Positions 48,522-64,000 of a DNA stretch of 64,000 nt are shown piece after piece (positions within the stretch are counted from its first letter, which is position 1; each line of letters opens with the position of its first letter). The stretch lies in NCBI RefSeq assembly GCF_009914755.1, contig NC_060930.1. The stretch is one strand, 5' to 3'. The stretch is from the human T2T-CHM13v2.0 reference genome, Homo sapiens. The notes under the pieces were generated by a model. That model saw nothing but the letters and a program-made list of their open reading frames with translations. It did no database searches and had not been told where the DNA came from. Both the position numbers and the translations under genes were made by a program.

Positions 48522-48960
48522 AATTCATTCAACAAATATTAAAGGACTACTCTGGGCTAGATATGGTTCTAGATACCAAAGGTACAGTGGAGAACAAGAT
48601 AGACAAATATTTGCTCTCATGGAGCTTACATTCTAGTTGACATTCTAGTCAAATAAATACATTGTATAAGGATAGGTAGTAACATGTGCTGTAAAAAATA
48701 AAATGAGACAGAGAATGATGGGGAAGGGGCTCATTTATATCAGCAGAATGGGGAAAGCCTCTCTGAGGAGGTCATAGCAGAGCAGAAACCAAACGAATAG
48801 CTGAGGGAGCCAGCCAGGGGAATACCTGAGAGAGCTTCATGTAAGACCGAGACAGTGTGCAGTGAATGGAGGGCAAAAAGGTGGAAATGACAGGTCGGGG
48901 GCCAGCCAGGGCTCTGCAACCAGTGGTATAACAAGGCCAGAGGAATGGGCTGATGGGAGC
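48522..48960 (-). mobile_element. L2 relic
   Basis: ATTCATTCAACAAATATT...CTCATGGAGCTTACATTCTAG. Confidence 0.75.
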
Positions 48961-50319
48961 AGTCCAGGTAACAAGAAAGTATAGATAACAAGCTGCAGAG
49001 AATTTAAAAATAAAACCAACTAAAAGTTGGTCTGTTTCTTCTTATTATCATGTGCCTGTAATTCTAAACAACATCAGTGATACTCATCCCCAAAGGGATG
49101 GCTCCTCCATACAGTAGAATTTCAGTTAATTAATGTAAAAGAAAAGTGGGAAGTAGTAAAATTATCATTAGGCACACACTGCTGTAATCATGGTTGCAGA
49201 TAAGATCCAGCAATGGCTGCTAAAATTAGTGGGAAAACCTTTGAGGAGAAACAGGATTCCCATAATCTCAAAACATCTCCCCCAAGATGTTTTGTAATTG
49301 CAAAGGGAAATATGGTAACTTTAAGGGAAGAAATCCAGCAGAAACCTTAACCAAGTGATCAAGGTCAGTGTTATCCATAATAAGATATATTGACATCATA
49401 AACTCCCTGGTATACACTAAAGACATGGTATCTTTTCTGGGTTACTTTTGCCAAAAATGCAAAAATGAGATGCCTGAGGAACATTCAAGAAAATAATTGA
49501 TGAGTAGTCTTCAAAAGCGTCAAAGTCATGAAAGAGAAGGGCAGATTGAGGAACTATCTATCACATATTGGAGGAGACTAAAGAGAAATAATAACTAAAT
49601 GCAATGTGGGATCCTGGATGGGATCCTGAAACAAAAAGAGCATTTGTGAGAAACAGGGTGAAATTTGAATAAGGACCATAGTTTATTTACTAATATTGTA
49701 CTATTGTTATTTTCCTGGTTCAGATAATTGTACTAATGGCTATATAGGATGTTAACATTAGGAGAACCTTGGTGAGGGGAGTGATAATTCTCTGTAATAT
49801 TTATGCTTTTCTATAAATGTAAACCTCATTCCCAATAAAGACAATAATTTTTTTAAAGTTTTATAGTACTCTTTCCTGCCATAATAAACCATTACCATTG
49901 TCCCCCCCAACCCCCCGGTATGCCCCTGCTTAGAAGTTTGTATTTTATTCTAAGTGTGCTAGAAATTCTTTGAAGGTTTGAGAGCAGAGGAGTGATATGA
50001 TTTGATTTTAACTATATTGTAGTTGTTTAACATTTATATTTTTATTACATGGGTGTACAATCCAAATGATTTGGAGACTATTAGATGAAGGAATGATATG
50101 AGAAAATTATTTTACTAAGAGAAAAATCTAATGACTTTTTTAATAGATGAGGAATTATTACACAAACAATCCCATGGTCTTAATGAGAAGATGTGCTACA
50201 GTTACAATATGAGCGGATTTCAGTCAGGAATAAACAAATCTGTATTAAGTTTTGTTGGAACTGGAATTTCTTCCTTAGGGGTTGTGTGATCACTCTGCAA
50301 TTTGATTTAGAAAAAGTCT

Positions 50320-51229
50320 CATCTGACAAAGGGCTAATATCCAGCATCTACAATGAACTCAAACAGATTTACAAGAAAAAAATAAACAACCCCATCAAAA
50401 AGTGGGCAAAGGACATGAACAGACACTTCTCAAAAGAAGACATTTATGCAGCCAAAAAACACATGAAAAAATGCTCATCATCACTGGCCATCAGAGAAAT
50501 GCAAATCAAAACCACAAAGACATACCATCTCACACCAGTTAGAATGGCAGTCATTAAAAGGTCAGGAAACAACAGGTGCTGGAGAGGATGTGGAGAAATA
50601 GGAACACTTTTACACTGTTGGTGGGACTGTAGACTAGTTCAGCCATTGTGGAAGTCAGTGTGGTGATTCCTCAGGGATCTAGAACTGGAAATACCATTTG
50701 ACCCAGCCATCCCATTACTGGGTATATACTGAAAGGACTATAAATCATGCTGCTATAAAGACACATGCACACGTATGTTTATTGTGGCATTATTCACAAT
50801 AGCAAAGACTTGGAACCAACCCAAATGTCCAACAATGATAGACTGGATTAAGAAAATGTGGCACATATACACCATGGAATACTATGCAGCCATAAAATTG
50901 ATGAGTTCATGTCCTTTGTAGGGACATGGATGAAATTGGAAATCATCATTCTCAGTAAACTATCGCAAGAACAAAAAACCAAACACCGCATATTCTCACT
51001 CATAGGTGGGAATTGAACAATGAGATCACATGGACACAGGAAGGGGAATTTCACACTCTGGGGACTGTGGTGGGGTGGGAGGACGGGGGAGGGATAGCAT
51101 TGGGAGATATACCTAATGCTAGATGACGAGTTAGTGGGTGCAGTGCACCAGCATGGCACATGTATACATATGTAACTAACCTGCACAATGTGCACATGTA
51201 CCCTAAAACTTAAACTATAATAAAAAAAA
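50320..51229 (+). mobile_element. 5'-truncated L1PA2/3-like element, sense to EFHC1
   Basis: TSD AGAAAAAGTCT at 50309-50319 and 51230-51240 after TTT; GATGACGAGTTAG (non-Ta) diagnostic; ORF2 C-terminus in ORF 50193-50666. Confidence 0.95.
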
Positions 51230-51832
51230 AGAAAAAGTCTTGTCTACAAGGTAGTTTCTCAGAATCACTTTCAATTCTTTGATTTTATATTACTCTTATC
51301 CCTTCTTTTTGAATTTTATTTTTTACATTATGTATATAAATTGATTTGCTTAAAAAACGAAACCTTGCATAATCATCTTAGTGTTCATGAAGTTGAACAT
51401 AATGTCAGCCAACAGGTCTCAACTAGCAGCCTGTGGTCAGAATGTAGCCCACATATATGTTCTAGTATACTGTGTTTGTTTGGGCTTCATGGTGCTTTAA
51501 AAGAGTTGGAATCAGTACTTTAAAATCAGAGGTTTAAAATAATAATCCACATTTTTATCTTTTGAAAAACTGAAAGATCTAGCAACATTGGGCCTACATT
51601 CTCACAAGGCAACAATTGAGTTGAGTTGGTGCGGCCTCCCTTGGGAAGCTTCCCTTAGATGAGGCATGTTCTTCCCAGAGACACCAGAGTTTCCCCATAG
51701 ATGGTTTGTTTATATTGTAAAAACCCAGACTGCTTCATTTATATCCTATACCTGGCCCCTATAGGCATTTAAGTTGGCACATCTGCATAGACCATGAACC
51801 TTCATAATATCCTCTTTTCTTCACCTTTGTAG

Positions 51833-52046
51833 GAATCCCCCATCCCAGAAGACAAAGACCGCAGATTTGTCTTCTCTTACTTTCTAGCTACCGACATGAT
51901 CAGTATCTTTGAGCCTCCTGTTCGCAATTCTGGTATCATTGGGGGCAAGTACCTTGGCAGGACTAAAGTTGTTAAACCATACTCTACAGTGGACAACCCT
52001 GTCTACTATGGCCCCAGTGACTTCTTCATTGGTGCTGTGATTGAAG
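51833..52046 (+). CDS. EFHC1: EFHC1 exon 8 (214 nt, phase 0/1; DM10 domain 3, ESPIPEDK...GAVIE)
   Basis: Pyrimidine tract + TAG|GAA; AAG|GTAGGT donor. Confidence 0.96.
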
Positions 52047-52435
52047 GTAGGTCTAAACACAGTCCAGAATTTCCTACTGGCTGCCTGAATGAGTTCTTAA
52101 TTGGAATTTAATTCATTTAACCCTGTAAGAGGCAATTAGATTGTATTGCAACTGAGATAAAGCTACTATCCTTGTATATATGGTATAATGTGTTAATCGC
52201 CTTCCTAATCAATTAAACTCTTAAGTTGATTGCATTTGTTGGCTACAGATGTCGACAATAAGTTTTGTAAATACTGAGCAAACGACTGCATATTAGTATG
52301 TCGTTTAAAGAAAGCTCATTAGTTTCTGTCATAAATGCATACCTGTGAATTTATCATTGGAGGGTTAATACTATTTTACTCCTGATTGCGTGAGAGAACA
52401 TCACCAAGCTAAGTGTGTTGCTACCTTCTCTCCAG

Positions 52436-52583
52436 TGTTTGGTCACCGGTTCATCATCCTTGATACAGACGAGTATGTTTTGAAATACATGGAGAGCAAC
52501 GCTGCCCAGTATTCACCAGAAGCACTCGCGTCAATTCAGAACCATGTCCGAAAGCGAGAAGCGCCTGCTCCAGAAGCAGAAAG
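52436..52583 (+). CDS. EFHC1: EFHC1 exon 9 (148 nt, phase 1/2; VFGHRFII...APEAE)
   Basis: CTCCAG|TG acceptor; AAG|GTGTGT donor. Confidence 0.95.
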
Positions 52584-52782
52584 GTGTGTGTTTGATTGCT
52601 AGGGTTTGGCACACTCAAGATATTCAGGAAGTAATTCTTGAGAAAACAAATGAGTAATCACATTTTAGATTTTCTGATTTCTCTCACCAGGTGGGAATTA
52701 TTAGATATAAACAGAAGGTTCCCTGTGTCAATGTAATAGCTAGTAACTTAGAACTTTTTCAACTTCATTTGTTTAGCAAATA

Positions 52783-53197
52783 CAGTTGACCCTTGAACAA
52801 TGTGGGAGTTAGGGGTACCAGCCTCCCTCCACAGCTGAAAATTCATGTATAACTTTTGACACCCCAAAACTTAACTACTAATAGCCTACTCTTGACTGTA
52901 AGCCTTACTGATAACATAAACAGTTGATTAACACATATTTTCTGTCATGTGTATTGCATCCTGTATTCTTACAATACGGTAAGCTAGAGAAAATTAAGAA
53001 AATAATAAGAAAGAGAAAATTATTTACTATTCATTAAGTGGTAGTGGATCATCTTAAAGGTCTTCATCCTTATCTTCGTGTTGAGTAGGCTGAGAAGGAT
53101 GGGTTGGTTTTGCTGTCTCAAGGGTGGCAAAGCAGAAGAAAATCCAAGTTTCAGTGGGCCTGTGCAATGCAAATTCTTGTTGTTCAAGAGTCAGCTA
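52783..53197. mobile_element. TcMar Tigger2-like MITE
   Basis: TIRs CAGTTGACCCTTGAACAA / TTGTTCAAGAGTCAGCTA with TA flanks. Confidence 0.8.
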
Positions 53198-53199
53198 TA

Positions 53200-54750
<1,551 letters not shown>

Positions 54751-54843
54751 CAAATGAAGGGGTAGCATAGGACTGTAAAAAATAACATGCAAAACAATTT
54801 TAATAATCAAAGGGAAAATGTACAATTGTTCTGTGCCCTTTAA

Positions 54844-55164
<321 letters not shown>

Positions 55165-56125
55165 TTAAAAATGTTATGGTTGTAAATGTATAAGGACATG
55201 AAAAAATAGTAAAACTAATTTTTACTTAGCACATTGTAATTTAAAACACTGATAACATTAATAATTAAAGTGTTTTATTTCTTTATAAAAACTTTATCAA
55301 AAGTGGTTTGAGCAGCACTTGCCTACTTCTCATTGTATAACTTATGATGCAGACTGAACGTCTGTTCTGTGCCTTGGTGAATTGTCATATTCCTGTTTAA
55401 GATTGGATCAACTTCCAACATTTTATGATTTTTGCTTTCAATGTTATAAAATATGTCTTAGACTTCCTTTAATGAGAATGAAATATCTCTGAGAGTTCTT
55501 TTAATGTGAAGCATTTTATAGGCATCTGGGATATCTTCATTCTTTTTATTACAAACACTTTTCTCATTTATGTTGATAGGTTTGCCTTCACCAGTTTCCA
55601 CTGGCTGCACATCCAGATTCTCTTGAAAGGCAGCTGTGTCGACATTCCTACAGTCAGCTTTCTCTTCTATAACTCTATTTATATTTGACTTGAATTCACT
55701 TCTTGCATCTTTGCTGTACTTTCATCCTTATTGGCCAATTCTCTCTTTTGATTTTCCATTTTTGTAAAATAAAGTTTGTGTATCACTGAGAGACAAGGAG
55801 GCAAGATAGCTACACACTTTACTGTCTGCGTGAACTATAAAACAAATATACAGTGACTAGTCACCAACAGACTTTGAAAGAAGTGATGTAATTGTCACTG
55901 ATTGTGATATGCATCTGTTTAATTACATTGTGGTTAGTGGACTAAAGTCCTGACAGATAAGTTTGTACTTTATGCAATTACTCATAGTTATTAACTGTGT
56001 TAACTGAAATTTGAACCATGTTGTTGGGGGAATGGGTTATTTTACTAAATGGTGGTAATCGAAATTCATGCATCTTGTAACTGTGCAAACTGAGAAATGC
56101 CATCATATCAAGGAAGACAGACTTG

Positions 56126-56570
56126 ATGGAGGACAGGTGAGCTTCAAAATTAGGGCTCAGCCAGAGAGAGTTATTGGCTTTTCCCAAGAAAGAATTCCAG
56201 GGAGAGCTGGTGCTGTTAAACAGCAACTGTTTTTAAGCAACAGTGTACAGCAGCAGCTGAGGTTCTGCTCCTTGTAGAGTAGGGATACCCCATAGGCATT
56301 GTGCCCAGAATTGTAGCTCAAAGGCAGTTCTGCACTCATATTATGCAGAAATTTCCAGGAAAAGGGTGGTAACTTCCAGGTGTTCGCGTCGTTGCTGTGG
56401 AAAGGGGTGGTTACTTCCGGATGTTGTCATGGCAATGGTAAACTGATATGGCGCACTGGTGGGCATGTCTTATGGAAAGCTGCCTCTGCCCCAGACCTAT
56501 TTTAGCTAGTCCTCAATTTGGCCCTGTGTCTGAGCCGAGCCTCCAGAGTCGAGCCCCACTTCCTACCTCA
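56126..56570 (-). mobile_element. ERV1 solo LTR (LTR26-like)
   Basis: Minus strand begins TGAGGTAGGAAGTGGGGCTCGACTC...AATTGAGGACTAGCTAAAA and ends CA. Confidence 0.65.
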
Positions 56571-57015
56571 GAATGATTCATTATGTCAGATGGGGATTTA
56601 GCAATATTAAGGGAATTGGGGACCTTGGAGACCTTAATGAGGAGTTTCAGTGGAATGGGAAGAGGGGGAGAACCTGATGGCAGTAGATTTAAGAGAGAAT
56701 GGGAGAGAGGAATTCTGGATCAGAGCGGAGACTACTCTTTTGGGGAGGTTTGGTGCAAGGGACAACAGAAAAATGGGGCAGCAGCTGGCAGAGAAAGTGA
56801 AGTCAGGAGAAGTTTTTGTTTTATTTTGTTTTTGCTTTTGTTTTTACATAGAATAAATAGCATGTTTGTATGCTAATGGGAATGATTCCATAGAGAGGAA
56901 AACATTGATAAGTGTGTGAGAGAGCGGGGACAATTTCTGGAGTTTGTGAGAGGATGGGGTTTAGTATGAGTGGAGGAATTGGCTTCAGATAGAAGCACCA
57001 ACTATTCACCTAGGG

Positions 57016-57520
57016 CAGTATTTCTCAAACTTCCGGGTCTTGAGACACCTTTATACCCTTAAAAATTATTGAGGGCCCCAAAGAGTTTTTATGTGTTTAT
57101 ATCTATTGCTATTTAGCATATTAGAAATTGTATCTGAAAAATTTTCAAATATTAATTTATTTTGAAAACGATAAACCCATTTCATGTCAACACAACATAA
57201 TTTTGTGAAAAATCAGTTTTTACAAACAAAAAAAATTTAGTGAGAAGAGTGATATTGCTTTACATTTTTGCAAACCTCTTAATGTCTGACTTACTTAGTA
57301 GTAGAAGATGACTGGATTTTCATGTGCTTTTGTATTCTGCCTGCGGTGATAGCCTGTGTTGTGTGACCTTTGGAAAACTCCATTGTGCACTTATGGGAAA
57401 ACAAGAGTAAAAAGACAAATAATGACTAAGTATTATCACAAGAATAATTTTGACTTCACAGACCCCTGAAGGGTCTTGGGAACCTCCAAGAGTCCTGGGA
57501 TTACTCTTTAAAACCTTGAT
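57016..57520. mobile_element. hAT-Charlie DNA transposon relic
   Basis: CAGTATTTCTCAAACTT...CTTAAAAATTATTGAGGGCCCCAAAGAG. Confidence 0.6.
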
Positions 57521-58242
57521 CTAGGGCAACAGGCAAAAGGCAGCATATGTGGGTTCAGATTCTGGTAGGTGGGTAGATATTGGGAGGCCTTGTGATTGTT
57601 TCGTGATAGTAGTGCAGTAGAAACAGTGAGGATAGAGGGAGATGTTGGAGGTTTCAAGAGAGAGGAGAAGTTATGAAATGCTCTATTTTATTGAATATAT
57701 AAATATCAATAAAATGAATATGAAATAAAATCTAAAACAGCATATTTTAGCTACTACTAAGAAAGAAAAAATTGCCAAATATAATCCATATCATTAATTG
57801 AAAATGCATGTTAATTCCAGAGATGTTAAAATGTAAAAAAAAAAATTGTCTCATTTCATGGACACATCTTTAAAAAAAAATGCCTCAGGACTTAAACAAA
57901 TATGATAGCTCTCCAGGAAAGTGGGAGGTTGAACGGACTAGAGAAGCGTAGTTTGGTGGTTGGACAGCATTAAAGGCCCACTTCATATTCATAGTCATAT
58001 ATTTAATTCAAGTACTTCCCGAAAGTTTTTTTCTGTAATTGTCACTTGTTTATGCAAATACCAGCAGACACTGGAAAGCTTCTTGCTTCAGCATACCACT
58101 AATTAAATCATCTTTAAAATTTTTTTAAATTTAGTAATTTAAGTTTTTTAAAATGTAGTAATGAGGAAAAGATACCACTGTGACTCTTAGAATATGATAT
58201 CAATAAAAATAAGGAGAAATTCAAATTTTAGGTTGCCATATG

Positions 58243-58695
58243 GATATGGTTTGTTTGGCCCCAGCAAGCTATGGTTTTAGATATGGTTTGTTTGGCCCCA
58301 TGAAGCCTTATGTTGAAATCTGATCCCCATTGTTGGAGATGGGCCTCATGGAAGGTGTCTGGATCCTGAGGGCAGATCCATCATAAATAGCTTGGTGCCA
58401 TTCTCATAGGAATGAGTTCTCACTTGTAGTTCCCATGAGAACTGTTGTTGAAAAGAGCCTGGCACCACCTACTCTCTCTCTCTTGCCTCTTCTCTTATCA
58501 TGTGATCTCTGCACATGTCTGCTCCCCTTCCCCTTCCACCATGAAGGGAAGCAGCCTGACATTTTCACTAGAAGCAAATGTTGGTACCATGTTCCTTATA
58601 CAGTCTGCAGAACTCTGAGCCAAATAAGCCTGCTTTTCTTTTTTAAATAAATTACCAGCCTCAGTTATTTCATAGCAACACAAATGGACTACGAC
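58243..58695 (+). mobile_element. MST (ERVL-MaLR) solo LTR with a duplicated 5' end
   Basis: GATATGGTTTG...ATAAATTACCAGCCTCAG...ATAGCAACACAAATGGACTACGACA. Confidence 0.8.
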
Positions 58696-59793
58696 ATGGG
58701 GTAAGAGATCCATTGCCATCCTCATTTTGATCCTCACCCCCGCCCTTCTTCTCTTGTGATGGGTCAGAGAGATGAGTTAGGAAAAACACATGGAGACGAT
58801 ACAAATCCACTGTCGCATCTTCTGTGCCTCTTAGCTATTCTGCGTTTAGCTCCCGACTCACCCATCTGATAAAGAATCGCGATCTAAGGAAATGCAGTTA
58901 CAAATATATTTTGCCACTCATTGCAGAGTCATGAAAGGGGATCATGAGTACTTGTCAGACCAGTACTTTTTATGTCAATTGTCAGTTCTAAGATGATGAA
59001 ATTTGGAGTTGGCCATTTGCTTTCTCTGAGCCAGAAAATTAGAATAATGCATAGGTAACTGAGTATTAACTTCATCTTCAAGTTCTTAAATTCTCTTTGG
59101 GTTTGGGGTCCTCCACTGCAGTATTTTGAACTCAAGACTTAAGGCCAGCAAATGCACACACTTATTAACCTACCTTCCACAGGAAATCCACATGTGTGAA
59201 TAGCATAGATACATACACACATTTGTTCATATGTATTATTCTTGTTCCATTAACATGCCTATTTGTGCACTTTAGCTTCAAGAGGACCCTACTCACTTAC
59301 TCAATTATCTTTTTAATCCTTTTCTTTTTCACTTCTAGCTACTTTTCCCATGAGAATTTTCCAAATATTCTCATTTTCTTTTCCATTTTCTTTAAGGAGA
59401 TAGAAGTAATTGGTTTCAAATATGAGATCAAATGATCCAATGTGGGCTTCATCAGTTTTCTCACCCTTCATCTTAGAATGTTTCTCTACTATCACTCTTC
59501 TTCTCTTTACCTTCTTTTGTCAGAGATAAGTAACTCCTCCTATTTCTTCAAATCTAATTCTTCTATTTTGTGTCTGTAACCACTTTCCTCCTGACTGCTC
59601 CAGAATCTTTTTGACTTTTTTTAATGACTGCTTCATAAATTGCTTTCTTGAAGGTCATTGGTTGTTTCCAAGTATAATGGACTCTTCTCATTTAGTCATT
59701 AATTCAACAGATATTTGAGCTTATACCATATACCAAACTTTATATTAAATGCTTAGGCAATTATATGAGAGAATAGGGAGCTCATAATCTAGA

Positions 59794-60026
59794 GCAAGGG
59801 TTGGCAATTTTTTTTTTTTTAAGTGAAGGGACAGGTAGTAAGTAGTTTAGGCTTTGTGGGTCATACCTTCTTTGGCATGACTACTCAACTCTACCCTTAC
59901 AGCGTGAAAGCAGCCGTAAACAATACATAAATGAATAGGAGTGGCTATATTTCAATAAAATTTTATGTATAAAAAATAGGCAGCAGGTTGGCTTTGGCCT
60001 GGGTGTCATAGTTTGCTGACCCCTTG
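59794..60026. mobile_element. MER58A-like hAT MITE
   Basis: CAAGGGTTGGCAA ... TTTGCTGACCCTTG inverted ends. Confidence 0.75.
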
Positions 60027-62935
60027 GTATAGTCTTTAGTTTTTCTGATCTACATATAATATTGATTACTCTTTATTACCCCTCTTTTGAAATCCTCTCT
60101 TGAGTTCTGGAAATTCAAAGTTTCTGGTAGTCCTACCTCTCTTAAAGCCTATTGTGTGTGTCTTTCCTACTTCCGTCTACTAGGTTGGCATTTCTCAAGG
60201 TCCTGTTTTTGGTCCTTTTGCTTGCCTTCTCTAAACTTTCTAGACATTGCAGTATCTGAATTGCTCTCCATTCTGCTGAATCTATTTTCAACATGTCTTT
60301 GTCCATCTGAGCCACCAGCATCTCCCACTTTGTACAACTAAAAATGAAGCCATTGTCATTTTCATCTTTCTAGCACACCTGCTCTTCCTTATTCCTTCTT
60401 TTTGCTTATCTGTCTCATTTTCTAAGTGGAGGACTTTGCCAGGATGCTCATAGCAAAATATTCTAAGAGCACACAGAAAACTGTGACATCCCTCTTACCT
60501 CTGGAAGATTAGCCACTCTATAAAACACGTTCACTTTTATGGAAGTTATGGAAGGTCATTGGAGGGCTTGGCACAGAGTTCAACTAGCATGTTAGGACCT
60601 CCGGCCACCTCTCAGTTGGCAGTCCCTGTTGGACATAACCAGCTGGCCCCTCTGTTTTCTTGTTGAGCCATGTGAGCAAACCTTGCCCTGTAACTTGCAG
60701 CTCTTTTCCAGAGTGTGCCCTGACTTGGGCTTTGGCAATAAAGTAGGGGCTGTAACTTTAACTAGCTCTTCCTTAAACAGTACCACCTATTGCCATCTAT
60801 CTGTGAATTTACTCCATCTTGCTCAAAGGCAGCAGATGCCATGGGTATTTTTCCTGCTGTATAAAGGGGAATGGGAATCTGGCTTCTTTGGGAAAGGGAG
60901 AGTTATTGTCTCTTTCCCCAAATGATTGGATGATCACATTTTAACTTTATATGTTTCATGGCTCTAGTTCTTGGAAACACATGCAAGATTGAGGTTTGAC
61001 TGCTTTCTGCCACTAAAATAGCTCCCTGGTGGTCATTCATAATTTAGTATATATGATTTGAATTACATTCATCAGATAAACACATTCTGCTTCTATAATT
61101 AATAATGCCAGAGAGCATTTAGATATTGGGGATTATTACAACAATTTTTATTGTTCTTGGCTTACTACAAAAGTAACACATGACCAGAATTTGAAAATTT
61201 AGGGAATAAAAATCTAGGTAATAGAAATGGAAATAAACAAAAATTTTTGAAAATCTTATAACTCAGAGATAACTGCTTCTAATATTTTGTTTTTAAAGAT
61301 GCATATAAAGTGGAAAATTCTGTAATACTATTTTGCTTTTTTCACTTGATAGTCTATCATGAACCCTTGTGAAATGAAATATTTGAAGACACAGATATGA
61401 AGGGACCAAGGAAAAGCTTTGTTCCTACCCCATCTTTCATGTACCCACTTCTTACCCTCCACTCCCCATAGGTAACTACCTCTTTCATTTATTTTTTTGA
61501 ATATCTTTTCAGAGTTTCTTTAAATAATATAAGCAACTTTAAGTATATACTCTTATTCCCCCACAACTTTTATAACACAAGGTAACACTCTATACATACT
61601 TTTATGTCTTGAGTTTCTCACTAAAAATATCTTTATACTCTTTCTGCAGCATTGTCAATGGCTGCAGTATTATTCTGTTGCTTTATTGTAGTGTAAATTA
61701 TTTAATTCCCTATTTTTGGACATTTAGACTATCTCAAAACAATCTTATAGATGTATCTTTGCATACAACCCATGATTATTTCCTTAGGATAAATTATTTG
61801 AGATTATTTGCTGGACTTTTGCTTCATGTTTCCAAATTTTTCCTGAAAGGTTATTCCACTTTATACCTTCCCCAGCAAGACTTGCCAGCAGGTAAAAGAG
61901 GGAAATAAGTTAAACAGAGGCTATTTGCAACAGTGAACTTTAAAAATATTATACGCAAGAAAAGTAAATACAGAAAAGCAATGGTAGATTGATAGTTTTC
62001 AAGTTACGGAAGGAGAGGAATTCAGTGAGAGGTGACTGGGCATAATTGAGAGAATATGTTGGAACTGGAGTGGGATGTGAGTGCTAGTTTTGCCGCTGAC
62101 ATGGGATCTGGGATCAGTCACTCGGGTCTTCAAATGTGTTTTCTCATCACTGAAAGAGGGAAGAATGCTTACTGAGTTTATGTGGCCCATTTTGTTCTAA
62201 AAGGATTTATGAAGATGAAATATGAGGGAATCTTTCAGCTCTAAAATTTTTAATTTTATAACTGTACCTTCATGTTCAGAGGAAATAAAAATTGAGCCTC
62301 TACTTATTGTGGTTGTTTTTTGAAGGGTTAGACCTCTCTCTTCCCAACACCCTGTGTTACTATTCTCTCTTAATTTCAGTAAATGCTAAGCCCAAACTTC
62401 TCACTCTACCTCACAGAGCAATCTCTTAGCTTCCATAGATAACCTTTCACAAAATTCAGTGTGAATTGGAGAGGGAATAATATTAAAACTATAAAAGGTT
62501 GATTCTTGGCTACAGATCTATAGCTATATATTTATATCTATCATCTCTCTTTATATATATCACTCAGGCATTTAGTTGTAGATGAGGAAACATTAATCTG
62601 CAACAGTAGTAAGAGACAATGATGTGATTCTCACAGATACCAAATTTGGCATGGTGGTGGTATTAGATTTGCCTCCTTGTGATGCAGTGATTAACAGATG
62701 GCAGGAAAGGAGGCTGAGCAAGAAGGGAGGAAATTCAAAAACTGCCCCCAGTCGGGCCTTCCTGATGTGGAGGTCAGCTATCGGCCTGTGGGCAAGTGTT
62801 CAGTTATTGGTCAGCTCAGTCTCAAAGCTGTGATTAGAAGCTTCCCTGATTTCATCAAGTAAGAACTTTGGTCACCGAGATGAGACTGATCAAGAATAAA
62901 TACCATGTGCAGTCATTTCCTTCCTTTCTCTACAG

Positions 62936-63146
62936 CAAGCAAACTGAAAAGGATCCAGGCGTGCAGGAATTGGAAGCATTAATAGACACAATTCAGAAGC
63001 AACTGAAAGATCACTCATGCAAAGACAACATTCGTGAGGCATTTCAAATTTATGACAAGGAAGCTTCAGGATATGTGGACAGAGACATGTTCTTTAAAAT
63101 CTGTGAATCGCTTAACGTCCCAGTGGATGACTCCTTGGTTAAGGAG
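62936..63146 (+). CDS. EFHC1: EFHC1 exon 10 (211 nt, phase 2/0; EF-hand loop [12 protein letters not shown])
   Basis: Pyrimidine tract + CAG|CAAG; GAG|GTCAGT donor; EF-hand-like loop in ORF 62868-63194. Confidence 0.96.
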
Positions 63147-64000
63147 GTCAGTATGAATTACTCTTCTGAGTTCATTGCAGAGGCTAGGCACTGATCATTC
63201 TTTCCTAAAGGCAATTGTGTGTGTATTTCACTACAACTGGGCCAGATTTAGGATGTTCAGATCAGATCTACTATTCTGTCCTGATTAGGTATTGCCCGTT
63301 GATTCTAGCATTGGTATTCTTTTCTAATTGCTGTTGCAGGGCATCTCTTTAAGTGGGCCTGGGGCTGGACAACACAGAGTGGTTAGTAGACCAACATGTC
63401 AGGACTGAAGAAGGGCAACAGAGACGATCCAGGAGGGGTGGCTACCAAGGGGAGACTCAAAGATAAGTTGATAGAGCAGACTGGTTGGCAGCCTTTGATA
63501 CCCTTCACAGCTGATACCTACACTGGCCCATCAGTAGGGTTAGCATGAAAGAAGGCATGACCACTGCAGGAGGGCTGTGGCATCTGTCAGTAGTGGTAGC
63601 ATGGCCAGCAGCTGATGGAGGAAGGGCATGGAAGTTTTCTTCCTTGAATTTTCATAAGTGAGTTGAAGGGGGACTTTCATGCCTTTTCTTCATTATAAAC
63701 CCTTTAGCCAGGGTTCCCTTGGAAGTCAGAACAAAGTCCCCCTGAGAAATGCCAAGGACTGTGGCTTATGATCATTGAGACATTCTTACTGATTAAAAAT
63801 ATTGAGATTCTGAGGCCTTTTTAAAGATCTTTTAGCCAAAACAGGTGTTCAGAATTTAAGAGTCATTTAGGAAAGGGTTTGGTTTAGGGCTAGTGACTAG
63901 GTTGGAGATGAGGATTTTTCATAGACAGAAACATTAGCAGGGAGTGAGTAGGAGGGCAGATAGAAGAGTATTTGTTCATGTGGACCAAACACACATTTAG

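Overview
Primate (most likely human, chr6p12) DNA from the middle of EFHC1 (myoclonin-1; three DM10 domains plus a C-terminal EF-hand) on the + strand. Coding exons 3-10 (codons ~96-617 by my recalled numbering) all have canonical AG/GT boundaries, and their phases chain into one reading frame. Exons 1-2 and 11 lie outside the window. The rest is intron, dominated by L1 (a full-length L1PB, a three-level nested L1 stack in intron 3, old L1M relics), about 17 Alus, L2/MIR, DNA transposons and solo LTRs. I found no prokaryote-type system, RNA gene or CRISPR array, and I do not claim a new biological system. The most notable observations are: (1) an 89-bp near-perfect copy of the exon-3 splice acceptor pasted into an L2 1.2 kb downstream, followed by 18 codons, a stop and AATAAA; (2) a 25-nt orphan polyA retro-insertion with a perfect 15-bp TSD in intron 4; (3) an open, extended L1 ORF0 facing EFHC1 whose SD1 donor is in phase with exon 6; (4) a ~310-bp palindrome/tandem array built from local L1 sequence; (5) inverted Alus flanking exons 4-5 (circRNA candidate). 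Repeat subfamily names come from memory of consensus sequences and need RepeatMasker confirmation.
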